A stretch of 64,000 bases of DNA from contig JARRPX010000004.1 in NCBI GenBank assembly GCA_037382465.1, positions 140,204 to 204,203 of the forward strand, written 5' to 3'. The position numbers were made by a program, and so were the translations under genes. The notes beneath the pieces were generated by a model, which had not been told where the DNA came from, did not search any database, and saw only the letters and a program-made list of their open reading frames with translations. This document shows positions 7,947-16,543 of the stretch, one piece after another. The stretch is from Anaerolineales bacterium (GTDB lineage Bacteria > Chloroflexota > Anaerolineae > Anaerolineales > E44-bin32). The number at the start of each line of letters is the position of its first letter. The stretch's first letter is position 1.

Positions 7947-9539
7947 CTAAATCGCTGCGGTTCCTTTCGTGTCGTCACGATAATGGCAGCCGCGGCTGGT
8001 GCGGTTGTGCTGTGCGGCAGCGGCGATGATGAGCGCGGCCTGAACGCTGTGACGCAGCCCGATCAAAGCGTCGTTCACACGTGTCGTACGATAGAAAACC
8101 TCGATGTCCTCTTTCAAGTGGTTCAGATCCCGCATGGCGCGTGCCAGGCGCCGTGTGGAACGCACCAGGCCCACGTAATGCCACATGGTGTGCTGGATGG
8201 TGCGCATGTCACGCCAGATCAATGCCGGATCGGCATCTTCCTCCAATCCCGCCTCTTCCCAGCGTGGAACTTCGTCCGGCTTTACATTGTCCGCTGCGCC
8301 GGTCGTGGCGATGTCCTTCGCCGCACGCACGCCCCAGACGAGACCATCCACGAGGGACGTGCTCGCCAGGCGATTGGCGCCGTGAACCCCGTTGCAGGCC
8401 ACTTCGCCCACGGCATACAGGTTTTGAACGCTGGTGTGCGCCCACTCGTCCGTCCATACCCCGCCGCAGAAATAATGTGCAGCAGGTACGACCGGAATGG
8501 GCTGGCGGGTGATGTCCAGGCCCAAATCCAAGCAGCGCGCGTGGATCGTCGGGAAGCGCTCGCGGATGGCCTTGGCCGTCATGGCGGAGTGAATATCGAG
8601 CAGCACGTGGTCATAGCCATTTTCGATCATCTCGTGGTGGATGGCACGCGAGACGACGTCGCGCGGCGCCAGATCCCCCCACTCCGGATCGTATTTCTGC
8701 ATGAAAGCGTCTCCCGCGGGGGTGAGTAAACGGCCTCCCTCTCCACGCACGGCTTCGGAGATGAGAAATCCCTCACCTCCAGGAACGGCGAGCGTCGTCG
8801 GGTGGAACTGCACATACTCGGCGTTGATGACCCGTGCGCCGGCACGATAGGCCATCGCCAGCCCGTCTCCTCGGGCCCCTTCCGGATTCGTAGTGTGCCG
8901 AAAGATACGCCCCAGGCCTCCCGTGGCGAGGATCGTCTTTCCCGCCAGGTAGCGGTGCACACTGCGCGTCGTCTGCTCGAAAACGTAGGCGCCGTAGCAC
9001 GTGATCGTTCCGTAGACCGTCAGCGGATCGCTGGCATGATGGGGAAACGTGATCAGGTCGACGGCCGTCGCCGCAGGCACGATCTCGACGTTGGGTTCTC
9101 GATTCAAAGCGGCGACCATGGCCCGGATGATGGCCTTGCCCGTGGAATCCCCAACGTGCAGGATGCGCGGACAGGTGTGCGCCGCCTCCTGGCCGTAGGC
9201 CAATCCACCATCCGACGTGCGGTCAAAAGACACGCCGCAGTATTCGATCAGCAGTTGGCGAACGAGTTCAGGACCTTGTTCTGCGATGATGCGGGCGGAA
9301 GAAGGCAGGCTCAATCCTGCACCCGCAGCAAGGATGTCCTCCACCAATTGATCGGAACTGTCGCCTTCGCCCAGGGAAACGATGCCTCCCTGCGCGTAGC
9401 GCGTGTTGCTCTCTTCGGGCTCGGCGGCGCGAGTAATTACGATGATTTTCTTTTTTCGATCCTGCGCCAGACGCAGCGCCGTCGCTGCGCCGGCGATGCC
9501 ACAGCCTATCACGAGCACGTCGCCGCGAACGGGAGTCAC
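7947..9539 (-). CDS. nadB: L-aspartate oxidase
   Basis: FAD-binding N-terminus VLVIGCGIAGAATAL, succinate dehydrogenase/fumarate reductase-like flavoprotein blocks, and a position downstream of nadC-nadA. Confidence 0.9.
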   Translation of the reverse strand: MTPVRGDVLVIGCGIAGAATALRLAQDRKKKIIVITRAAEPEESNTRYAQGGIVSLGEGDSSDQLVEDILAAGAGLSLPSSARIIAEQGPELVRQLLIEYCGVSFDRTSDGGLAYGQEAAHTCPRILHVGDSTGKAIIRAMVAALNREPNVEIVPAATAVDLITFPHHASDPLTVYGTITCYGAYVFEQTTRSVHRYLAGKTILATGGLGRIFRHTTNPEGARGDGLAMAYRAGARVINAEYVQFHPTTLAVPGGEGFLISEAVRGEGGRLLTPAGDAFMQKYDPEWGDLAPRDVVSRAIHHEMIENGYDHVLLDIHSAMTAKAIRERFPTIHARCLDLGLDITRQPIPVVPAAHYFCGGVWTDEWAHTSVQNLYAVGEVACNGVHGANRLASTSLVDGLVWGVRAAKDIATTGAADNVKPDEVPRWEEAGLEEDADPALIWRDMRTIQHTMWHYVGLVRSTRRLARAMRDLNHLKEDIEVFYRTTRVNDALIGLRHSVQAALIIAAAAQHNRTSRGCHYRDDTKGTAAI

Positions 9540-10585
9540 CGACTTACCTCCAGCATACGCTCCAACGCGATTCGTGCCTCTCGAGCGGTTTCATCAGGAA
9601 CCTCGACTTGATTCACGAAATTCCCACTCGCAAGTCCTTCCAAAACGCGGCCAACTTTCTCCAGCGTGATGAGATTCATGTTGCGGCAATTTACCGGCTT
9701 CTCCGAGAGAATGGCGACGAATTTATCTGCATACGCCTGATCGAGGCGGTGGACGAGATTGTATTCGGTGCCCACGGCCCATTTACTATCGGAAGGCGAT
9801 TCGTCTATTCGCCGGATGATGTAAGAGGTCGAACCTGCTTCGTCCGCAAGATCGACGACTTCCATGCTGCACTCGGGATGGACGATGACGCGAATGTCCG
9901 CAACCATCCGGCGCCAGCGGATCACGTCCTGGGTGGAGAAAACACGATGCACCCTGCACCAACCCCGCCACAGAAATATGCGTGCGTTTCTCAGCCTGTC
10001 TGCATTGTGCCCGCCGCGTGCAAGTTTCGGATCCCACAACAGCATCTCTTCCAGTGCCACGCCCATCTTCTTGCCCGTGTTGCGACCGAGGTGTTGATCG
10101 GGGAAAAAGAACACGTACGGCCGCTGCTCGAAGGCCCAGGCGAGTATCCTTTCGGCGTTCGACGAGGTGCACACCAGGCCGTTGTGACGGCCACAGAACG
10201 CCTTCAACGCTGCCGTGGAGTTGACGTAGGTGATCGGGGTGACCTGAGTCTCGACGTCAAGCACTTCGCCCAGTTGATCCCAGACCTGCTGCACGTCTGC
10301 CAGATCGGCCATGTCCGCCAGCGGACAACCGGCGTTCAAATCCGGCAGGAACACACTTTGGCCAGCCTGAGCCAGGATGGCGGCGGTTTCTGCCATGAAG
10401 TGCACGCCGCAGAAGACGATGTACTTTGCTTCCCGGCATTTCACGGCGTCGAAGACCAATTTCAACGAATCGCCCCGGAAGTCCGCCAGTTGGACCACCT
10501 CATCCCGCTGGTAATGGTGGCCGAGGATCACAACTTGCTCCCCCAACTGGGATTTGAGTTGCGAGACCCGATCGAGTTCGTCCAT
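9536..10585 (-). CDS. nadA: Quinolinate synthase
   Basis: 349 aa with NadA-type blocks (ILGHHYQ, FCGVHFMAETA, VIVHPEC). Overlaps the nadB start by 4 nt. Confidence 0.9.
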   Translation of the reverse strand: MDELDRVSQLKSQLGEQVVILGHHYQRDEVVQLADFRGDSLKLVFDAVKCREAKYIVFCGVHFMAETAAILAQAGQSVFLPDLNAGCPLADMADLADVQQVWDQLGEVLDVETQVTPITYVNSTAALKAFCGRHNGLVCTSSNAERILAWAFEQRPYVFFFPDQHLGRNTGKKMGVALEEMLLWDPKLARGGHNADRLRNARIFLWRGWCRVHRVFSTQDVIRWRRMVADIRVIVHPECSMEVVDLADEAGSTSYIIRRIDESPSDSKWAVGTEYNLVHRLDQAYADKFVAILSEKPVNCRNMNLITLEKVGRVLEGLASGNFVNQVEVPDETAREARIALERMLEVSR

Positions 10586-10588
10586 CGG

Positions 10589-11422
10589 CTAAATCCTCAG
10601 ACTCACGTCGAACGCCGGTGCGGAATGCGTAAGTGCGCCGATCGAGATGTAGTCCACACCCGTCGCGGCAACTTCCGCAACGTACGCCAAATCCACGTTG
10701 CCCGATGCTTCCAAAGGCGTACGCCCCGCCGCCAGGCAAACGGCCTCGCGCATCTCTGCCGGGTTCATGTTATCCAGCATGATGCGATCCACATCGAGAG
10801 TCAGCGCCTCGCCCAACTGGTCCATTCGTTCGACTTCGACTTCGATGGGCAAACGCGGGTATGCCGCACGGGCTCGTTCGACGGCTGCAGAGATTCCCCC
10901 GGCGGCAGCGATGTGGTTATCCTTGATCAAAATCATCTCGTGCAGGTTGCTGCGGTGGTTCTGGCCTCCGCCCATACGCACAGCGTACTTCTCCAGCAGT
11001 CGATATCCGGGATGTGTTTTCCGCGTGTCGAGGATGACGGCCTTGCTCCCTTCGACCGCGCGTACGAAGCTCTGTGTATAGGTCGCGATTCCGGAAAGGT
11101 GCTGGATAAAGTTCAATGCGATTCGCTCCGCCGCCAGCAGTTTACTGCCCGGCCCGGAAACCTGCGCGAGCACGCCGCCTTCCAGCACCGCTGCCCCGTC
11201 GCGTGCGTTGGCCTCGAGGTTCAGCGCCGCATCCACGCGTGTAAACACCGCCTGGGCGATGGGCAGGCCTGCGACGATGCCGGCCTGCTTGGCGACGATC
11301 GAGCCTCTTAACGATCCGCTGGGGTCGATCACCGCGTTAGACGTTGCATCCCCTGGGCCGATATCCTCTGCGACAGCCAATTCGATAAGCGGCCGGGCAG
11401 CCTGAATCAAATCATCGTTCAT
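10589..11422 (-). CDS. nadC: Nicotinate-nucleotide diphosphorylase (carboxylating), quinolinate phosphoribosyltransferase
   Basis: 277 aa with QPRTase blocks (DTRKTHPGYR, LIKDNHI, MLDNM). First gene of the nadCAB operon. Confidence 0.9.
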   Translation of the reverse strand: MNDDLIQAARPLIELAVAEDIGPGDATSNAVIDPSGSLRGSIVAKQAGIVAGLPIAQAVFTRVDAALNLEANARDGAAVLEGGVLAQVSGPGSKLLAAERIALNFIQHLSGIATYTQSFVRAVEGSKAVILDTRKTHPGYRLLEKYAVRMGGGQNHRSNLHEMILIKDNHIAAAGGISAAVERARAAYPRLPIEVEVERMDQLGEALTLDVDRIMLDNMNPAEMREAVCLAAGRTPLEASGNVDLAYVAEVAATGVDYISIGALTHSAPAFDVSLRI

Positions 11423-11638
11423 TCATCATCCTATGCTGGCTGGATCGTGGAATCTCAACATCAACCATAAAACGGGAGGAGACCATCCATTTGTAAGTAG
11501 AAATTACACGAAGTATACGCTGGCAGAATGATGATGTCCAGCCAGCCGTCGACTCGATAATTGACACACAGAATTAAGAACAACCGATGATATGATTTCT
11601 CCAACACCGCATCAGCATCGAAAAAGGAGAATGCGTCC

Positions 11639-12460
11639 ATGAAATCTGATAAGAAGATCGGTGGAATCACCATCGCCGCTAATCCGCAGGAGCTAGAGAC
11701 GATCGAACTGATCGAAAAAACCTGCGTGCGAGCGCTTCAGCTAGCTCGAGATATGTGGGCACTCGATCCGCCGCAGGATTGCCACGTTTACGTGATGATT
11801 TCCTGGTGGAAATTCTTCTTCCGATCCGCGCCCTGGCCGTGGAAAATCTTTCTGGGGATTGGGTTTCCGCTTTGGGCGCCGCGCGCGCGTAGAATGTGGC
11901 CTTACGCCGCCGCATGGACGCAGCGCTTCGGTAAGCGAGTTGTGATCGGCGTAAAGCCGCCGCGGATCCTGGAACAAAGCGATCTGCGCGTCGGCGTTCG
12001 TATGTTCGTCGAAGAGAAAGACATGCGTCTGAAACTGCAGCACGTCAGCTGCCACGAACTCATCCACGCCTGCTCCGCGCACCTGCGTTTGCCGATGTGG
12101 TTGAATGAAGGCCTCGCCACGGTCACGGTGGACCGCTATTTGGGGAAGAGGACGATCCTGAAAGAAACGCTTGAATTGCTGCGCGATTACCAACCCAAAG
12201 CTCCGCCCCCGACGTACCGGCAGCTCTCGCGCATGAAAATAGAGGCGCTCGTCTACCACACCACGCGAGGCTATTGGCTTACACGATACCTCTCGGAACA
12301 ACACCACGATTTCATGATAATGTTGTTGGAAACACGACGCAGCGCTCAGGAGATCGATAAACTCATGGCAGAAAGAATAAAAATCGATCCGCTGACTTTT
12401 TGGCAAGAGATCGATGGAATACTGGTGCGATATTTTTCCTCCGCAACAACTCCTGCTTGA
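11639..12460 (+). CDS. Putative MA-clan (gluzincin-like) zinc metallopeptidase, no signal peptide seen
   Basis: HELIH followed 14 residues later by WLNEGLA (HExxH...NEG arrangement). AAGGAG RBS lies upstream of ATG 11639. Confidence 0.55.
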   Translation: MKSDKKIGGITIAANPQELETIELIEKTCVRALQLARDMWALDPPQDCHVYVMISWWKFFFRSAPWPWKIFLGIGFPLWAPRARRMWPYAAAWTQRFGKRVVIGVKPPRILEQSDLRVGVRMFVEEKDMRLKLQHVSCHELIHACSAHLRLPMWLNEGLATVTVDRYLGKRTILKETLELLRDYQPKAPPPTYRQLSRMKIEALVYHTTRGYWLTRYLSEQHHDFMIMLLETRRSAQEIDKLMAERIKIDPLTFWQEIDGILVRYFSSATTPA

Positions 12461-12524
12461 AACTGCCTCCTGAGCGTGCCAACCCTTTCATTCCCCGGCC
12501 GTCGATCGCGCGGTAATAGGAGGT

Positions 12525-12857
12525 TTGATGGCAGATAAAGGACGACACATCCCGGAAGTGATCTCTCTTCCGCACGCCGTTCAATACCAGGACGGCGGCA
12601 TCGTCAGCAGGACGATTCTGAAGAAGGAAACGGGAAACATAACGTTGTTCGCCTTCGATGCCGGACAGGAATTGAGCGAACATACGACGCCGCACGAAGC
12701 GCTGCTGTATGTCTTCGAAGGGCAGGCGCAAGTTGTCATCGATTCCAAATCACACAAAGTCGAAGCCGGTTACATCGTTCGATTGCCCGCGAACGTCCCG
12801 CATGCCGTAAAGGCCCTTCAACGCTTCAAAATGATGCTGGTCATGCTGCAGGAATGA
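12525..12857 (+). CDS. Cupin-domain protein
   Basis: 110 aa. The pattern G.ELSEHTTPHEALLYVFEGQA...G..VRLPANVPH is the two-motif cupin_2 pattern. Confidence 0.7.
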   Translation: MMADKGRHIPEVISLPHAVQYQDGGIVSRTILKKETGNITLFAFDAGQELSEHTTPHEALLYVFEGQAQVVIDSKSHKVEAGYIVRLPANVPHAVKALQRFKMMLVMLQE

Positions 12858-12877
12858 AATCCGGCGTAGCGCCGATC

Positions 12878-13303
12878 TCATTCCATGTCGGTAGGACGTA
12901 TACGCCGCAGGTTCTTGATTCGCGAACGGCGGCGTTTCTCCTGCAACCGGCGTTCTCTGGCCGCGTTGCTGGGTCTCGTCTTCTTGCGAGGCTTCTCTCG
13001 CTGCGCTGCTCGCCGGACGAGATCGCTCAAGCGGTCGATCGCATCTTTACGGTTGCGGGTTTGCGTACGAAAGCGGCGCGCGTTGATGATCAAGACACCG
13101 TCTTTGTTGATCCGGTTGCCGGCCAGGCGCATCAAGCGTGCGCGCACGCTCTCGGTCAGCGAGGGGGACCGGCGGACATCGAAACGCAGCTGCACCGCAG
13201 TGGCGACTCGATTCACGTTCTGCCCGCCCGGGCCGGCTGCCCGGACGAAGTCGAACTGCAATTCATCTTCATCGAGCGCAATGTCTTTGGTGATCTGAAT
13301 CAT
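12878..13303 (-). CDS. arfB: Alternative ribosome-rescue factor ArfB (peptidyl-tRNA hydrolase, YaeJ family)
   Basis: GPGGQNVNRVATAVQLRFD GGQ motif plus a basic C-terminal tail (RKKTRPS...RRLQEKRRRSRIK). The 141-aa length is typical. Confidence 0.85.
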   Translation of the reverse strand: MIQITKDIALDEDELQFDFVRAAGPGGQNVNRVATAVQLRFDVRRSPSLTESVRARLMRLAGNRINKDGVLIINARRFRTQTRNRKDAIDRLSDLVRRAAQREKPRKKTRPSNAARERRLQEKRRRSRIKNLRRIRPTDME

Positions 13304-13386
13304 GGCTTAAGCATAATCAAGGCCTGGCAAGGTTTCAAGTCGTTCCTTCGGCTCCGCTTCGGTGCAGGATCGAAATGAAACGAAGA

Positions 13387-13405
13387 GCTGCCCGTAACGG
13401 GCAGC
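13387..13405 (-). terminator. Hairpin terminator downstream of the toastrack-domain gene
   Basis: On the minus strand: GCTGCCCG-tta-CGGGCAGC followed by the T-rich TCTTCGTTTCATTT. Confidence 0.45.
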
Positions 13406-13440
13406 CCTTCATCATGACGAAACTGCACGGAAGCCAAACC

Positions 13441-14508
13441 CTAACGTAAAGTAAAACTGCCCGATCCACCGTCATAGGTTATTTGGATGCGGAGTTCGGC
13501 ATCGGCATAGTTCTCGGATTCCCAGGTTCCAGTGTCGTCGTCGTTATCCCCACCGTCGCTGATCAGCGCGTATCCATTCGGAACGTGTACGCTCCCCGAC
13601 CCACTGTTGTGAACGACCAGGCGCACCCCTGCACCTTCGGGCACCTCGATCGTCGTGCTACCGGATCCACCGTTGACATTCAATTCAGCTGCGGCATCCC
13701 CGTCAAGGGAAATCTTAAGCGAACCGGAACCGACCTCGATATTCGCCTCGATGTCTGCCCCCTCGGCAACCTCGACCGTGAAAGAACCCGATGCAGAATC
13801 GAGGCGAACGTCGTAGCTCTTCGTGCTGGAGGGTAGAATCAAACGGCTGCTTCCCGAGCCGCCATCGATTTCGATGCGCTCCAGGTTCATACCTCCCAGG
13901 TCCAATCGCGCCGAACCGGATCCCACATCGACGCGTAGATCAACAGGGATTTCTGGGCTCAAGCCAATTTCCCAAGTAGCGTCTTTCCCGAGTGTACCCA
14001 CCCAGTCAAAAACGGAGGTGCTGTCACGGGGCTCGAGTTGGACGACCTTGTTGTTCGTGCCGTGAACGCTGAATGACACGTCCTCCAAAGTGTCCAATTC
14101 TGCCTCGATCAAAGCGTTTGAATCCTCCAGTGTGTCGACCGTCGTGGGATAGTGGGTTAAATCCAGATCGATACGTGCGGAAGAAGCCTCGCCCAAAGGT
14201 TCACTGAAGTTGAGTGTTTTAAGTTCAGGCCCCAAATCCAGATCGAGATCGGGCGCCATCACCAGCAGCAGGACCACGAACGCCACCGCTCCGAGACCGA
14301 TCAGCGCCCCCACAAACGGAAAGCGGCGGCCGAACATGATATCCAGGCCGATGGCGATCAGAGCGACCGGCCACAAACGGATTAAAAACGCCAGGCTGAA
14401 CGATTCAATGATCCCGATATTCGCCAACAGCCAAACGATACCCACTCCGATCAGCAGCAGCGGCCAGAAAAATGAACGATGGGGTTGATTTCGCTTTTCA
14501 TCTTGCAT
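13441..14508 (-). CDS. LiaF-like membrane protein with a C-terminal toastrack (DUF4097/DUF2154-type) beta-helix domain
   Basis: N-terminal TM helices (FWPLLLIGVGIVWLLANIG...) followed by repeated GSGS-containing beta strands (VGSGSARLDL, DGGSGSSRLIL, SASGSFTV, VGSGSLKI, GGSGSTTIEV). Confidence 0.6.
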   Translation of the reverse strand: MQDEKRNQPHRSFFWPLLLIGVGIVWLLANIGIIESFSLAFLIRLWPVALIAIGLDIMFGRRFPFVGALIGLGAVAFVVLLLVMAPDLDLDLGPELKTLNFSEPLGEASSARIDLDLTHYPTTVDTLEDSNALIEAELDTLEDVSFSVHGTNNKVVQLEPRDSTSVFDWVGTLGKDATWEIGLSPEIPVDLRVDVGSGSARLDLGGMNLERIEIDGGSGSSRLILPSSTKSYDVRLDSASGSFTVEVAEGADIEANIEVGSGSLKISLDGDAAAELNVNGGSGSTTIEVPEGAGVRLVVHNSGSGSVHVPNGYALISDGGDNDDDTGTWESENYADAELRIQITYDGGSGSFTLR

Positions 14509-14584
14509 GTTCTCCTCCTCAGTTTATTACGAGCCCTAACTCATGTCTTCGAATCTCCCGAAAACAATCAAATCGGAATGTAAC

Positions 14585-15406
14585 TCACACGATCTCGATC
14601 TCATCGGCGTCGAAATCCGGGGACGGATATTGCATCTTCAGAGATTCGAGTGTCTCGACGATAATCGAACCGACGACCAGGTTGCGGTACCATTTTCGAT
14701 TCGCCGGGATCACGTACCACGGCGCCCATGGAGTACTGGTTTTCGACAGCACGGCTTCATAGGCTTGCATGTACTTCGGCCAGAGCTGGCGCTCCTTCAA
14801 ATCGTCCGGGTTGAATTTCCAACGCTTATGTTTTTCGTCCAGACGAGCCTGTAGACGCTGCTTCTGTTCGTCGAGATCGATGTGCAAGTAAAATTTCAAC
14901 AGCGTAGTGCCTTCTTCAGCCAGCATACGTTCGAACGCATTGATTTGATCGAAACGCCTGGACCAGACGGACTGTGGAACCAAATTGTGCACCCGCACCA
15001 CGAGCACGTCCTCGTAATGACTGCGATTGAAAATAACGATCTCGCCTTTTCCGGGAACATGTCGATGCACGCGCCAGAGATAATCGTGACTCAGTTCCTG
15101 CGCCGTGGGTTTTTTGAAATTCGCCACTTTCACGCCCTGCGGGTTCACGCCCTCGAAAACGTGCCGGATGACTCCGTCTTTGCCTCCGGTGTCCATCGCC
15201 TGGAGCACGACGAGAAGCTTGTGTTCACCCTGCGCATAGAGAAGTTCCTGCAGCTCTTCCAAACGGTCGGTCAACCGGCGAGTCTCATCCTGCCCATCAT
15301 CTTTGTCGATCGGGAATGCGCTCTTGTCCTGCGGATCCCACTGGCTGAGATCGACTTTGGTCCCCGGTCCGATTCGGTAGCGATCGGTAGAATTGTCCTT
15401 CCCCAT
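14585..15406 (-). CDS. ppk2: Polyphosphate kinase 2 family enzyme
   Basis: VVLQAMDTGGKDG Walker-A-like block and FNRSHYEDVLVVRVH are typical PPK2 motifs. I prefer the start at 15406 (GGAGGG 4 nt upstream) over the ORF limit of 15466. Confidence 0.85.
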   Translation of the reverse strand: MGKDNSTDRYRIGPGTKVDLSQWDPQDKSAFPIDKDDGQDETRRLTDRLEELQELLYAQGEHKLLVVLQAMDTGGKDGVIRHVFEGVNPQGVKVANFKKPTAQELSHDYLWRVHRHVPGKGEIVIFNRSHYEDVLVVRVHNLVPQSVWSRRFDQINAFERMLAEEGTTLLKFYLHIDLDEQKQRLQARLDEKHKRWKFNPDDLKERQLWPKYMQAYEAVLSKTSTPWAPWYVIPANRKWYRNLVVGSIIVETLESLKMQYPSPDFDADEIEIV

Positions 15407-15544
15407 GTGCCCTCCAGTTTGTTCCAGAGTATGTTCTTGCTGCTTACGTTTACCGCAGGAAGACATCCACCAAGCGCACGGTCCGGCGATCGCACGATAT
15501 CTATACGTGGTACGGCGACCGCGGGTTTCATGAATGATCGTGCG

Positions 15545-16312
15545 CTAGAATCGAATGATGATCTCTTGCAGGTTCTTCCAGGTGCTTTCGGAATACCAGA
15601 TATTCGAAAATTCCTGGATCGAACCTTCCTCTCTGGCCCGCATCGAATCCAGGACCGGGCCACGCAGCAGGCGTTTGATGGACCGAAAGGCGACGACGTC
15701 CTTGCTGGCGAAATCATGAGCCAGGATTTCTGCATCTGGCAGCAATTGATCGCGGCTGGAGATATGATCGATGAGACGCATTTCGAGGGCCTCGTCCGCC
15801 AGGTACATATCACCGCTCAGCAGGATTCGTTCCGCATAATGCTGGCCCACGCAGGCGCGCAGCATTTCCACACATCCTGCGAAAATGGAAGCGCCAAAAG
15901 TTATTTCGTTCAACGAAATCTTCGACCTGCCCTGCACCATCAAGCGGTAATCGCACGCCAGCGCAAGCATACATCCGCCCGCGATCGCATGTCCGTTGAT
16001 CGCAGCGAGGGTAGGCTTTGGGTAAAGGTACAGATTCGAATAGAGATCGGTGAATTTGGTCAGAAACGAATTAAACGCCTCTTGTCTGTAGGACAGCAGT
16101 GCAGGAATGTCGAACCCGAAGGAAAAGAATTTACCCGCGCCGGTCAGTATCACCGTCTTTACTTGCGGGTCTCTCTCCAACCTCAAGAACGCTTCCTGAA
16201 GCTCGTCGACCATCGGTTCGTGCAGTGCATTGACCTTGCCCCTGCGCAGCGTAAGCGTGGCAATGCCCTGCGAAACGGAGGCATCTACGTACTCCATGGG
16301 CCCTCCTGACAC
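15545..16312 (-). CDS. Enoyl-CoA hydratase/isomerase (crotonase) family protein
   Basis: 255 aa. The blocks VILTGAGKFFSFGFD and AAINGHAIAGGCMLALACDYR are crotonase-fold oxyanion-hole blocks. Confidence 0.85.
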   Translation of the reverse strand: MSGGPMEYVDASVSQGIATLTLRRGKVNALHEPMVDELQEAFLRLERDPQVKTVILTGAGKFFSFGFDIPALLSYRQEAFNSFLTKFTDLYSNLYLYPKPTLAAINGHAIAGGCMLALACDYRLMVQGRSKISLNEITFGASIFAGCVEMLRACVGQHYAERILLSGDMYLADEALEMRLIDHISSRDQLLPDAEILAHDFASKDVVAFRSIKRLLRGPVLDSMRAREEGSIQEFSNIWYSESTWKNLQEIIIRF

Positions 16313-16543
16313 GTTTCTTCCGGTCGGAATGTCAACCCCATTCTACCCCGCGGCATCGAGATAGATCAAAGCCAATCTGCTCCTATGCGCAGGCGATTCT
16401 CAATTAATATAGAAAGATTCGCTATTTTGTGTTATAAGATGTTATTTATCCCGAAACCGGTCGGTGACGACACGCAGATCGTATAAGACTGGAGTAGACC
16501 ATACTGCCCAGGAGATGACCGCTACCGATCGAAGGAGATCAGC

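Noticed and set aside
9608-11311. 567-aa plus-strand ORF, one of the longest in the track
   Set aside because: It lies entirely antisense to nadA and nadC, which have clear family motifs. Its translation is Arg/His/Gly/Val-rich with no motifs. It is a typical high-GC antisense open frame.
11423-11638. Region upstream of nadC examined for an NAD+ (nadA-motif) riboswitch
   Set aside because: No tandem-domain motif or conserved CAACCCC-type bulged stems were seen. The region also serves the divergent peptidase-like gene.
16313-16543. Long AT-rich 5' region of gltB examined for a glutamine riboswitch or other nitrogen-responsive RNA
   Set aside because: I could not recognise the conserved glnA-RNA core or any convincing conserved helices by eye. 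It probably just contains the promoter.
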